Origin: Endomicrobium sp.
GTDB taxonomy: Bacteria > Elusimicrobiota > Endomicrobiia > Endomicrobiales > Endomicrobiaceae
Assembly (NCBI GenBank): GCA_031290625.1
Contig: JAITND010000044.1
Span: forward strand, 1,470-65,469
Length of the DNA: 64,000 bases
Direction: 5' to 3'
Within the stretch, counting starts at the first letter, position 1. Each line of letters starts with the position of its first letter. A program made the translations under genes and the position numbers. The notes beneath the pieces are model-generated. The model had not been told where the DNA came from. It did no database searches and worked only from the letters and a program-made list of their open reading frames with translations. Below are positions 30,712 through 39,813 of the stretch, in pieces.

Positions 30712-31920
30712 GTGAAAAGAAAAGTAATGGCATTATTAGCGGCAAGCTCGTTGTTGGTTTCAAATGCCGTGTTTGCGGCAGACAGCGTTTCTCAAGGCTT
30801 AGGAATTAAGACAGACGTTGGCGGAACTGTCATCATGCAGGGAACTCCTGAGGCAAATGATGGTAAAAATAAAGGGCTATCTGCGGCGTCATATTTGTTT
30901 GACATAAAACTTACTAAAGAGTTTGAAGAAAACGGAAAAGTTGTCGCGTGTTTTAAAGGTGGAAGAGGCGCTGGTCTTGAAGTAGACGAAAACGGTAATA
31001 ATGGCGTTAACACATACGGACAGGTAAACGCAAATGCCGATGAATCTTTAGATTCTGCCGCAAATACTTTTGCAAAAGTCGTAGAGTTGTATTATGAGCA
31101 GACTATTTTAAATGATAAACTTACAGTGGATTTTGGTAAGTTGAATTTCTGGAAGTTCTTTGCGGATAACAATTTTGCCGGCGATGATAATTCTCAGTTC
31201 TTAACAGGATCTTTTGCAGGGGACAAGACTATAGATTCAGTTCCTCAGCGTCCGGCATTGAGATTAAACTATGTCCTTTTTGAAAAACTTGATATTTCAT
31301 ATGCGTACTTTGCAACAGATTTGAATCACTTTGATGCAAGCGGGATAAATATTGCTCAGTTTAATTTTAAACCTTCTACAAACGGCGACTATAGATTGTA
31401 TGTATGGGGAAATAACGGCGTTCATTATAAGTATAACGACGCCTCAAAGTCGGGGTCTTATGGTTTTGGTATAAGCGTAGATCAAGCGGTAAAAGGCGGC
31501 TTTGGAGTATTTGCAAGATGCGGATATAAGGAACATTCTTTCGGTAATCATGCGACGGATACAGATGGTAAAGAGCTTAATAATTTTGCTTTGCCTCTTT
31601 CTATGACGTGGAGCGTAGGATCTCAATTTAAGGGATCTAAGTGGTCAAGGGACAATGACGTTTTGGGTATTGCAATTGGTCAAATATATGGTTCTTCAGA
31701 TGCAAAAGTCGTTATTGCTAAATATAATAACGGAAAGTATAAAGATGGAGCGGAAACGCAGTTTGAAGTATATTATAAGTTTACGCTCAACAACTATATT
31801 GCTCTTACTCCGGCTTTCCAATATTTTGCAAATCCAAGAGGCGGCAATGTTTTGAACGGTATTTCAAACGCAAACAAGAATGTTTTTGTATATGGCGTAA
31901 GAACGGCGTTTAGCTTCTAG
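30712..31920 (+). CDS. OprB-family carbohydrate porin
   Basis: GTG start, signal peptide ending AVFA; GKLN....F..N.FA.D..SQF, E.YY.F......LTP.FQY..NP, C-terminal F. Confidence 0.85.
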   Translation: MKRKVMALLAASSLLVSNAVFAADSVSQGLGIKTDVGGTVIMQGTPEANDGKNKGLSAASYLFDIKLTKEFEENGKVVACFKGGRGAGLEVDENGNNGVNTYGQVNANADESLDSAANTFAKVVELYYEQTILNDKLTVDFGKLNFWKFFADNNFAGDDNSQFLTGSFAGDKTIDSVPQRPALRLNYVLFEKLDISYAYFATDLNHFDASGINIAQFNFKPSTNGDYRLYVWGNNGVHYKYNDASKSGSYGFGISVDQAVKGGFGVFARCGYKEHSFGNHATDTDGKELNNFALPLSMTWSVGSQFKGSKWSRDNDVLGIAIGQIYGSSDAKVVIAKYNNGKYKDGAETQFEVYYKFTLNNYIALTPAFQYFANPRGGNVLNGISNANKNVFVYGVRTAFSF

Positions 31921-31947
31921 TTTTAAATTTTTTTTGATTTTCATTTT

Positions 31948-31982
31948 CAAGCCTGTCTCGCATCTCATGCGAGACAGGCTTG
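31948..31982. terminator. Perfect 16-bp hairpin between convergent genes
   Basis: CAAGCCTGTCTCGCAT-CTC-ATGCGAGACAGGCTTG. Confidence 0.75.
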
Positions 31983-32070
31983 TTGATCTTTGCGCAAACT
32001 TTAACAAACAAAACAAATCCCCTTAATCTTTATAGATTTGGCGATTTGTCAAAACGTACGGAAAATTGAT

Positions 32071-32253
32071 TTATTTGCTTTCTGCTGGAGCTTCAGAAGC
32101 AGGTCTTGCCGTCGTCGTATCTGTTGTAACTTCAACTACTTCTTCTTCAACTACTTCAGCTACCGGAGCTTCTTCTGCTTTTTTGCTTCCGCAGGCTGCC
32201 AATGCAAAAGCGCATACTGCAAACATTGCCGCAAACAATACAAATTTCTTCAT
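32071..32253 (-). CDS. Small acidic lipoprotein
   Basis: SD AGGAG; MKK, hydrophobic core, lipobox LAAC, then E/T/A/P-rich tail. Confidence 0.8.
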   Translation of the reverse strand: MKKFVLFAAMFAVCAFALAACGSKKAEEAPVAEVVEEEVVEVTTDTTTARPASEAPAESK

Positions 32254-32982
32254 CTTTACGTCTCCTTTAATATTTAACTACCGCGCGACATTTTATATCT
32301 TTTGTTTTTCTTTTGCAAGTTTTGCTCATTTACGCTAGACTTCCGTCGCGACGATGATTTAATAACTTCTGGAAAAGTTTTGCGCCTTGAACTCGCGTTT
32401 ATGGGGTCATCCCATGTTGATCTTCATCCTCGTCGCTATAGCGGCTTTTATATAGGCGGCAGCGCGCAATCAAACGCTATAGGCGATAGCGTTGAATGAA
32501 AATTTCAATGTCCCTATGCGGTTGTCAGGTATAAGGCGTATCAATTTTTATCTCTTGTTGCGCTCTACCCCTATATGCGCTCAATTCCGACGCGCTCTTT
32601 GCCTTCTTTGCCGATTATTTTAATTCGCGTTTTTTATCGTCAATTTTTTCTTTGCGTATATATCTTTTCATAACGATAATTTTACAAATTTACGCCTTTT
32701 GACGGCCGCTTTTCTTTAAAAATTCAAAAAACGGTCAAGTCAGGCGTTAAATGAAAAAGAAGAAAGGGATATATGTTCGCAAATTTTTCGCATGTTGCTA
32801 AATTAGTTCGTTTTTCAAATGCGCGCTATACCCTAAAGTAGTGCATAAAAAGTCAGGATATGTTTTGCAAAAAGTTTTCATTTATATGAGAAGTAAGTAA
32901 GTTTAGTAAGTATACTTTTAGTATAATTAGTATAATAAGATTGGAAAGGAAATGGGATAGAGAAAAAGTAAAGGAGATTGAG

Positions 32983-33573
32983 ATGTTGAAAAAATTAATG
33001 AGTTTGGTTGTAGTTTTTAGCATATTGGTTTCAGTAAGCGGTAGAGCAATGGCGCAGGAGCAGTCTCTTAGTGAAGAAGATGAGACAAAGATTATTGAAG
33101 AAGCAAGATTAATATTGCAAGGAGAGAAAAATAGGTCGGAACTTAGCGAAGATGAGATAAAGGTTGTTGAAGAAGCAAAGTTAATATTGCAAAGAAAGGG
33201 CGTCGCGTTTGAGTTTAGCGAAGTAGAATCAGCGACGGAAAATGACGCTTCTTCTTTTGCTGAGGGGGATGGGGATTGTAAGAAGTCTGAGACGACTTGG
33301 CAGAAAGCTAAAAGAGAAGTGTCTGAGATAAAACAGTGGATATTAGAAAACAAATGGGAATGCATTATTGGAATTGCGTGCGTTGGCGTCGTCACATACG
33401 CCAGCATGAATTATCAGCCACACCCAATGGATACTTTGAATCTACCGGGATTAGAAGAGCAAGAGATAGAAGAAGCGAGAAGAGGAGGAAGAGGAGTGCT
33501 AATAGATTTAGGTCCAAATTACAATCATCCTAGAGAAGTAGTAATCCGCCGACCGCCCGTTATACCCGCATGA
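32983..33573 (+). CDS. Secreted/membrane orphan protein with tandem helical repeat
   Basis: SD AAGGAG; signal ending AMA; two LSE(E)DE.K..EEA.LILQ repeats; internal hydrophobic helix. Confidence 0.75.
   Translation: MLKKLMSLVVVFSILVSVSGRAMAQEQSLSEEDETKIIEEARLILQGEKNRSELSEDEIKVVEEAKLILQRKGVAFEFSEVESATENDASSFAEGDGDCKKSETTWQKAKREVSEIKQWILENKWECIIGIACVGVVTYASMNYQPHPMDTLNLPGLEEQEIEEARRGGRGVLIDLGPNYNHPREVVIRRPPVIPA
33067..33192 (+). repeat. Intragenic direct repeat, about 51-54 bp, two copies
   Basis: 33067-33120 vs 33142-33192 share CTTAG.GAAGA..GAAGAAGCAA..TTAATATTGCAA. Confidence 0.85.
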
Positions 33574-33677
33574 TTGAACTAGCCGACTTCATGAAGGGTT
33601 TGTGTTCACAATCGTCCTAGAAAAGTAATCTTCCGCTCATCCTCCGGCAAAATCATCCCTATCGCCAGGGATGTAAT

Positions 33678-33840
33678 ATGAATAAACTAGTAAGTATGTT
33701 TTTAGCGTTAGCGTTTTGTTGGTTTCACCCATGAAACCAGCTTTTGCTGAGAAAGGGGAGACTTACAAGAAGCCTGAGACTACTTGGCGAAGAGTTAAAG
33801 AAAAACGTCTGAGACAAAACAGTGGATATTAGAAAACAGA
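33678..33840 (+). pseudogene. Frameshifted remnant paralogous to the 32983-33573 gene
   Basis: 33741-33838 aligns with 33254-33352 (shared CTTTTGCTGAG, AAGAAG.CTGAGAC.ACTTGGC, GTCTGAGA.AAAACAGTGGATATTAGAAAACA); own signal-like start MNKLVSMFLAL. Confidence 0.75.
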
Positions 33841-34082
33841 GGCATTTTTATTGCGCTCTATTTTGAAAAGATTCTTGTTTTCTGCAAAAACTTCCGCATT
33901 GCATAAAAATGAATAAATCAAACCCAAACATAAGGCGACAATAACTTTTTGCGTTTTAACTCGGCTTTTTAGCTTATAAATTTGCGTAATTATACAAAAT
34001 TATTCCTATATTTTCTCGTCAAAATTGACATTTATTTTTTCTATGTATAAATACATAAGCGGTTAATATAAGGAGTTTTCGT

Positions 34083-34526
34083 ATGAGAGTGTCTGCTAAA
34101 GCTAAATACGGTTTTGCAGCCATGGGTATGTTTGGCGCAAAATATAATACCGGAGAATATGTTACAGTTTTAAGTTTGGCTGAAAGACTAAAAATTTCAA
34201 AGATATACTTGGAGCAAGTTTTTGCTCTTCTTAAGCGCGCTGATCTTGTGGTATCTATAAAAGGTTCTCGCGGATGCTATCGGCTTTCTAAAGCTCCTAA
34301 GGTTATAACTGCTTTTGACATTTTATCGGCAATAGAAGTTTCTTTATTTGAAAAAGCCGCCGAGTTTTTGCTTGAAAGCGAGCATGCTTTAGAAAAAACA
34401 ATTCAGGGATCCGTATTAGAAAAATTGGACGCTTTAATTAAAACAACGCTTTCGGCAATAACTCTTGAAAGCCTTGTTCTAGACGCTCAAAAGCGTTTGT
34501 CCGACGGCTACATGTTTTATCTATAA
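34083..34526 (+). CDS. Rrf2-family transcriptional regulator (CymR-like, no Fe-S Cys triad)
   Basis: K.KYG..AM, IS..YLEQ.F..L....LV.S.KG..G.Y.L; TTGACA at 34025. Confidence 0.9.
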   Translation: MRVSAKAKYGFAAMGMFGAKYNTGEYVTVLSLAERLKISKIYLEQVFALLKRADLVVSIKGSRGCYRLSKAPKVITAFDILSAIEVSLFEKAAEFLLESEHALEKTIQGSVLEKLDALIKTTLSAITLESLVLDAQKRLSDGYMFYL

Positions 34527-34643
34527 TTGGATTTGCCGAAATTTTGGATTTTGACGATAATTTTGTACAATCTTATCAACGCGTTACATTATATAAATAT
34601 TCCCTTTAGAGCAATTCTGTAAAGGGAATTTTTGGATTTGTTG

Positions 34644-36005
34644 ATGAAAAATTTTTCAGCAGTTATACTTGCCGCTGGCGCGGGAACCAGAATGAAGTCC
34701 TCTTTACCTAAAGTGATGCACACGCTTTCGGGTAAACCGTTAATAAAGTGGGTTATAGACTCTGTTTCCTCTTTAAAACCTGATAATATTGTCGTGTTGT
34801 TGGGGCATGGAGCGAAAAAAGTTGAACAATATTTGTCAGATATAAACGTAAAGAATTTAAAGATTATCTATCAAAAAGAGCGGCTTGGTTCCGCGCATGC
34901 GGTTATGCAGGCGGCGAAATTTTTAGAAAATTACAGCGGAAATATTTTGGTTTTAAGCGGCGATGTTCCTTTGATTAAAAAGGCTACATTGGCTTCCTTA
35001 ATAAAAAAGAATCAAAAAGCCAATTCTTCAGTCGCTGTTTTAGCGGCGAAAGTTGCAAATCCGTTTGGCTATGGCAGAATAGTAAAAAAAGACGGTTTTT
35101 TAGAAAGGATAGTTGAAGAAAAAGATGCGAGTATTGCTGAAAAACAGATAAATCTGATAAATTCCGGCATATATTGTTTTGATAAAAATTTATGGAAAGC
35201 TCTTTCAAAAGTTAAGCCTAATAATGCGAAAAAAGAATATTATGTAACCGATACGGTCGCAATACTTAAAAGCATGGACAAAAATGCGTCTCTAACTGTT
35301 ACAAAAGACGAAAATGAAGTAAAGGGCATAAATAATAGATTAGAACTTTCTCGAGCGGAGTCTTTATTAAAAGACAGGAAAATAAAAGAACTTTTTGAAA
35401 GCGGCGTGAGCGTCATAGACGCAAACAACGCGTATATTTCCTACGACGCAAAAATAGGGCGGGATACCGTTATATACCCCGGCGTTTTTATTGACAAAGG
35501 CGTTGTTATAGGCAAAAATTGCGTTTTGAAAGGTTCAAGCTATATAATAGATTCTAAGATAAACAATGGAAGCGTAATTTCTTATTCGTATATAAATGGA
35601 GCTGCTATTGGAAAGAATGTTAAAATTGGACCCTTCTCGCATATAAGACCGGAATCAGTTTTAAGAGATAATGTAAAAGTAGGAAATTTTTCGGAAACGA
35701 AAAAAGCCGTAATAGCAAAGAATTCTAAAGTCAATCATCTTTCCTACATAGGCGATGCTGAAATAGGCGAAGATGTAAATATAGGCGCCGGGACAATTAC
35801 CTGTAATTATGACGGAGTAAATAAACATAAAACAGTCATAGGGGCTAAGTCTTTTGTAGGCTCTAATGTTAATTTTGTCGCTCCTGTTAAAGTCGGCGAG
35901 AATGTTGTAATAGCGGCGGGGTCGACTGTAACTCGCGATGTACCGGCTGGGAAACTTGCAATAGCAAGGGCAAGGCAAGAGTTAAAGTGTAGAATAATAA
36001 AATAA
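34644..36005 (+). CDS. glmU: Bifunctional GlcNAc-1-P uridyltransferase/acetyltransferase
   Basis: LAAGAGTRMKS.LPK, GYGRIV, IGPFSHIRP, VGNF.ETKK, HLSYIGDA, TITCNYDG. Confidence 0.98.
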   Translation: MKNFSAVILAAGAGTRMKSSLPKVMHTLSGKPLIKWVIDSVSSLKPDNIVVLLGHGAKKVEQYLSDINVKNLKIIYQKERLGSAHAVMQAAKFLENYSGNILVLSGDVPLIKKATLASLIKKNQKANSSVAVLAAKVANPFGYGRIVKKDGFLERIVEEKDASIAEKQINLINSGIYCFDKNLWKALSKVKPNNAKKEYYVTDTVAILKSMDKNASLTVTKDENEVKGINNRLELSRAESLLKDRKIKELFESGVSVIDANNAYISYDAKIGRDTVIYPGVFIDKGVVIGKNCVLKGSSYIIDSKINNGSVISYSYINGAAIGKNVKIGPFSHIRPESVLRDNVKVGNFSETKKAVIAKNSKVNHLSYIGDAEIGEDVNIGAGTITCNYDGVNKHKTVIGAKSFVGSNVNFVAPVKVGENVVIAAGSTVTRDVPAGKLAIARARQELKCRIIK

Positions 36006-36062
36006 CGCGGACTATTTTAAAATAAATACGTCGTTTGTTTAAGGAAAGGCGCAAGGGGTATT

Positions 36063-36995
36063 ATGAAACTTAAGATTATTTCGGGTAACGCTAATATAGA
36101 GCTTGCAAAACAGATTACTCAAAAGCTCGGCGTTGAATTGAGCGAAACAAAAGTCGGGTGTTTTAGCGACGGAGAAATCCAAGTAAAAATAATTGACAAC
36201 GTCAGAGGAGCGGACTGTTTTGTAATTCAGCCTACATGCCCTTGCGTCAATGAAAATTTAATGGAGCTTTTAATTATAGCAGACGCTTTGAAAAGAGCTT
36301 CTGCCAGAAGAATAACTGCTGTTGTTCCTTATTATGGTTATGCCAGACAAGACAGAAAAACTGAGCCGAGGGTGCCGATTACGGCAAGACTTATTGCGGA
36401 TCTTCTTGCAACAGCTGGCGTTACAAGACTTTTAACTATGGACTTGCACGCCGGACAGATTCAAGGGTTTTTTGATATCCCTGTTGATCACCTTTACGCT
36501 AAGCCTATTTTGTCAAAATATTTTCAGGATAAAAATTTAAAAGATGTGGCCGTAGTTTCTCCCGACGCCGGCGGCGTAGAGAGAGCAAGGTCTTTTGCAA
36601 AGCTTATCCATGCGGATTTGGTAATTGTTGATAAAAGAAGACCTCGTCCTAACGAGGCTTCTATAATGAATGTTATAGGAGAAGTGAAAGATAAAACTTG
36701 TATAATACTGGACGATTTGGTTGATACCGCAGGCACTTTGACAAAAGTTGCCGACGTCATAAAAGAGAAAGGCGCCGCAAGAGTTCTTGCCGCGGTTTCG
36801 CATGGCGTTCTTTCTGGAGAAGCAAAGCGGAGAGTGCAAAATTCAGCTTTGGAAGAGCTTGTAATAACGGACACTATTCCGTTGTCAAAAGAAGGACCTA
36901 ACGAAAAGATTGTTGTGTTGAGCGTTGCGTCAATATTGGCGGAAGCCATAAAGAGAATTTCAAACGACGAGTCGATAAGCGCTTTGTTTTTATAA
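36063..36995 (+). CDS. prs: Ribose-phosphate pyrophosphokinase
   Basis: FSDGE, PYYGYARQDRK, DLHAGQIQGFF, VSPDAGG..RA, DD.VDTAGT. Confidence 0.99.
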   Translation: MKLKIISGNANIELAKQITQKLGVELSETKVGCFSDGEIQVKIIDNVRGADCFVIQPTCPCVNENLMELLIIADALKRASARRITAVVPYYGYARQDRKTEPRVPITARLIADLLATAGVTRLLTMDLHAGQIQGFFDIPVDHLYAKPILSKYFQDKNLKDVAVVSPDAGGVERARSFAKLIHADLVIVDKRRPRPNEASIMNVIGEVKDKTCIILDDLVDTAGTLTKVADVIKEKGAARVLAAVSHGVLSGEAKRRVQNSALEELVITDTIPLSKEGPNEKIVVLSVASILAEAIKRISNDESISALFL

Positions 36996-37032
36996 AAATA
37001 AACTGCTGTTGTAATAATAATGGAGGATTTTA

Positions 37033-37716
37033 ATGAATGAAGTAATTTTAGATGTTGAATTAAGAACTATCGGTTCTAATGGAAGTCTTTCTTCTTTGAA
37101 AAAAGAAGGAAAAATTCCGGCTGTATTTTACGGAAAAAACGTTAAACCTGAATCTATATCCGTTAATGCTAAAGCTTTTGCTTCAGTAATAGAAGCAAAC
37201 GGAACCAATGTAATTATAGATTTAAACTTTAAAGACGGGAAAAAACCCGCTATTGTAAAAGAAATTCAGAGAGACGTTTTGACTCAAGCTCGTATTCACA
37301 TAGATTTCCGCGCAATTTCTCTCGGAGACAAAGTTGAAGTTTTGGTGCCTATACACATTGACGGCGTTGCAGACGGCGTTAAGAATTTTGGCGGAACAAT
37401 GGAATTCATTGTTAGAGAAGTTAAGGTTAAAGCGTTGCCTAAGAGCATTCCTCAGAAGATCAGCGTAGACGTAAGCGCGCTTGGTATCGGACAGGGTATA
37501 ACTGTTGTCAACTTGCCTAAACTTGAAGGCGTCGACTATATACAGGACCCTTCAACATTGATTATCAATGTTATAGCTGCAAGAGTCGAGGAAGAAAAGT
37601 CTGCAGATGCGGCGGTGGTAACAGATCCTGTTCAGCCTGAAATTATAAGCAAGGGCAAGAAAGACAAAGAAGGAGAAGAAGGAGCGGCGGCGGTGGCTCC
37701 GGCGGCAAAGAAGTAA
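37033..37716 (+). CDS. rplY: 50S ribosomal protein L25/CTC
   Basis: G.IPAVFYG, KEIQRD......HIDF, GVK.FGG; prs-rplY-pth synteny. Confidence 0.96.
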   Translation: MNEVILDVELRTIGSNGSLSSLKKEGKIPAVFYGKNVKPESISVNAKAFASVIEANGTNVIIDLNFKDGKKPAIVKEIQRDVLTQARIHIDFRAISLGDKVEVLVPIHIDGVADGVKNFGGTMEFIVREVKVKALPKSIPQKISVDVSALGIGQGITVVNLPKLEGVDYIQDPSTLIINVIAARVEEEKSADAAVVTDPVQPEIISKGKKDKEGEEGAAAVAPAAKK

Positions 37717-37727
37717 TAAAATAGATT

Positions 37728-38330
37728 ATGGAGTCGCCGGTGTCTAAACAGATTAAGCTTTTTGTCGGGCTTGGCAATCCGGGTCGTAAATATGAAAATA
37801 CCCGCCATAATCTTGGTTTTATAGCTCTGGATTCAATAGCTTTGGCTAAAGGTCTTGAGTTTAGAATTTGGAACAGTGCGGCGGATATTTCTTTTTATGA
37901 GGCTACTAGAGGTAAAGTATGGCTTTTAAAACCTACTGCTTTTATGAATCTTTCCGGAGACGCCGTATCGTCTTTTTCAAAATATTATAAAATCAGCGCG
38001 GAAGAGATAGTTATCTGTTACGACGATTTTTCCATATCTCTTGGCAAATATAGAATTAGGATGTCCGGCTCTGCCGGCGGACATAATGGTATAAAATCCG
38101 TCATAGAACGCCTTCATACGGATAAATTTCCGAGAATAAAGTTTGGCATAGGACCATTCCCCAAATTTATGGACACGGCTGATTTTGTTTTGTCAAAATT
38201 CTCAAAAGAAGATGAAAATGAAATAAATTTAGTAAAAAATCTTGCGGTTGAAATTTTTGACGAAATAAATGCGTCTGATGTTGAAAAAGCAGCTTCTAAA
38301 CTGGCGAACAAAAATAAAACTCTCAAATAA
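37728..38330 (+). CDS. pth: Peptidyl-tRNA hydrolase
   Basis: VGLGNPG.KY..TRHN.GF, KPTAFMNLSG, GSAGGHNG.KS. Confidence 0.97.
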   Translation: MESPVSKQIKLFVGLGNPGRKYENTRHNLGFIALDSIALAKGLEFRIWNSAADISFYEATRGKVWLLKPTAFMNLSGDAVSSFSKYYKISAEEIVICYDDFSISLGKYRIRMSGSAGGHNGIKSVIERLHTDKFPRIKFGIGPFPKFMDTADFVLSKFSKEDENEINLVKNLAVEIFDEINASDVEKAASKLANKNKTLK

Positions 38331-38413
38331 ATTTATAAGTTAAGGCGGTTTAGTTTAACAGATAAAATTTCTGAGACGGCGTTAGAAAATCTCAAAATTT
38401 TAAAAGGAGCCGA

Positions 38414-39172
38414 ATGTATAAAAACAGAAACAATAGAAAAGAATTACCGCTTGAAAATATTATATGCGGTCGCAATTCTGTTTTAGAACTCCTTAAAGCA
38501 GGTAAACGCGCCGTAAACAAATTGATGGTTTCGCAGACTGCGAGAGGCTCGGCAATTTCAGAGATTATAAATCTTGCAAAGCATAAGGGGATAGCCGTCC
38601 ATTCTGTCCCGCCTGAGAAATTAGACAGGTTTTCAGAGCGGTCGCAAGGCGTTGCCGTAGAAGTTTCGCCGACAGAGTACGTAGAGCTTGAAGATTTAAT
38701 AAAACAATCAAAACAATCTCCGAAACCGTTGCTTGTAATATTAGACGGCGTAGAAGATCCGCGTAATTTAGGCGCAATAATAAGGAATTGCGTAGCTTTT
38801 GGAGCTGACGGCGCGATAATACCTAAGTGGAGAGCCGTCGGCGTAAATGAAACCGTTTCAAGAGCTTCTTCCGGAGCCGTAGAGCATATATCAATATCAA
38901 AAGTTGCAAACATAAATCAGGCTATAGATTTATTAAAAGAAAATAACTTTTGGATAGCCGGCGCGGAAAACGGCGGACAAAGTTTGGAAGATGCGGATTT
39001 GCCTTTCCCTTTAGCCGTAATCATAGGAAGCGAAGGGTTTGGTCTCCATAATCTAACTAAAAAACATTGCGATTTTTTAATCTCAATTCCGCAAAAAAAC
39101 GCCATATCTTCCCTCAACGCCTCATGCGCCTCTGCCGTAATCCTATATGAGTTTTCCAAAAAGCGCCGATAG
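38414..39172 (+). CDS. rlmB: 23S rRNA Gm2251 2'-O-methyltransferase (TrmH/SpoU family)
   Basis: LDGVEDP.NLGAIIR, S.GA.EH, IGSEG.GL, SLNAS.A. Confidence 0.93.
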   Translation: MYKNRNNRKELPLENIICGRNSVLELLKAGKRAVNKLMVSQTARGSAISEIINLAKHKGIAVHSVPPEKLDRFSERSQGVAVEVSPTEYVELEDLIKQSKQSPKPLLVILDGVEDPRNLGAIIRNCVAFGADGAIIPKWRAVGVNETVSRASSGAVEHISISKVANINQAIDLLKENNFWIAGAENGGQSLEDADLPFPLAVIIGSEGFGLHNLTKKHCDFLISIPQKNAISSLNASCASAVILYEFSKKRR

Positions 39173-39179
39173 TAAGCGA

Positions 39180-39552
39180 TCTGCATGCCATACAGTGCCG
39201 TTGCAAAGGTTAAGTCCTGAGTATATACAAAAAGGTTCCCATTTTTATATCTAACCGATAAACTTAAGTATTAAAAATAATATGTCTCAACAACTACTTC
39301 AAGCCCCTGTCAAAGTTGAATTCAATCGCCCTTCAATTTTTAACGAAGTTATCCCGGAAGCTTTTAACTCTTTTACGCGGTTTGACAAATCCAACGCAGC
39401 CTCCCCTATAAAGCTAGACGTTAAATAAAATACCCGGCGCACCAAAACGCAATGCTCCATGTCCAAAAATTTCAAGCTCTATATCGGTTTTACTTGATAT
39501 TGCTTTTGTCTCTTGCAGGCGATAACGACTCAATTTTATCCGCGCGATCCAT
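39180..39552 (-). pseudogene. Peptidase U32-family (TrhP/RlhA-like) remnant with large internal deletions
   Basis: Reverse-strand fragments in changing frames: KIESLSPARD (cf. ELLSPAG), DIELEIFGHGAL (cf. ELE.FVHGA), LDLSNRVKELKASGITSLKIEGR (cf. SLKIEGR); 3' limit approximate. Confidence 0.8.
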
Positions 39553-39575
39553 TATGCAAAATTGTCTTATTAAAT

Positions 39576-39604
39576 TTGACTTAAATGGCGGTATTTTATA
39601 AAAT
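39576..39604 (+). promoter_or_regulatory. Putative sigma70 promoter about 210 bp upstream of pyk
   Basis: TTGACT-17 bp-TAAAAT. Confidence 0.45.
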
Positions 39605-39813
39605 AAAACTTCGTAAATCTATTGTTGTATCGGCGTTTTTGTTTGTATTTATTGTTTGATTGCGAGAATTTTTCCCTTCTGATTTCTGCCCCAACCAAGC
39701 AAACGTTAAGATTAGGCGTGAAATATGTCATAATAAGCGTCGCGTATAATTGTATAAATATCCAATTTATCAGAGTGTGTTCTTAGTTGATTTTAAGTTT
39801 TTATTCTTGGTAA

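Noticed and set aside
32300-32700. Possible decayed gene upstream of the small lipoprotein (ATG at 32671, minus strand)
   Set aside because: Stops in all frames read and no recognisable family motif; cannot be supported.
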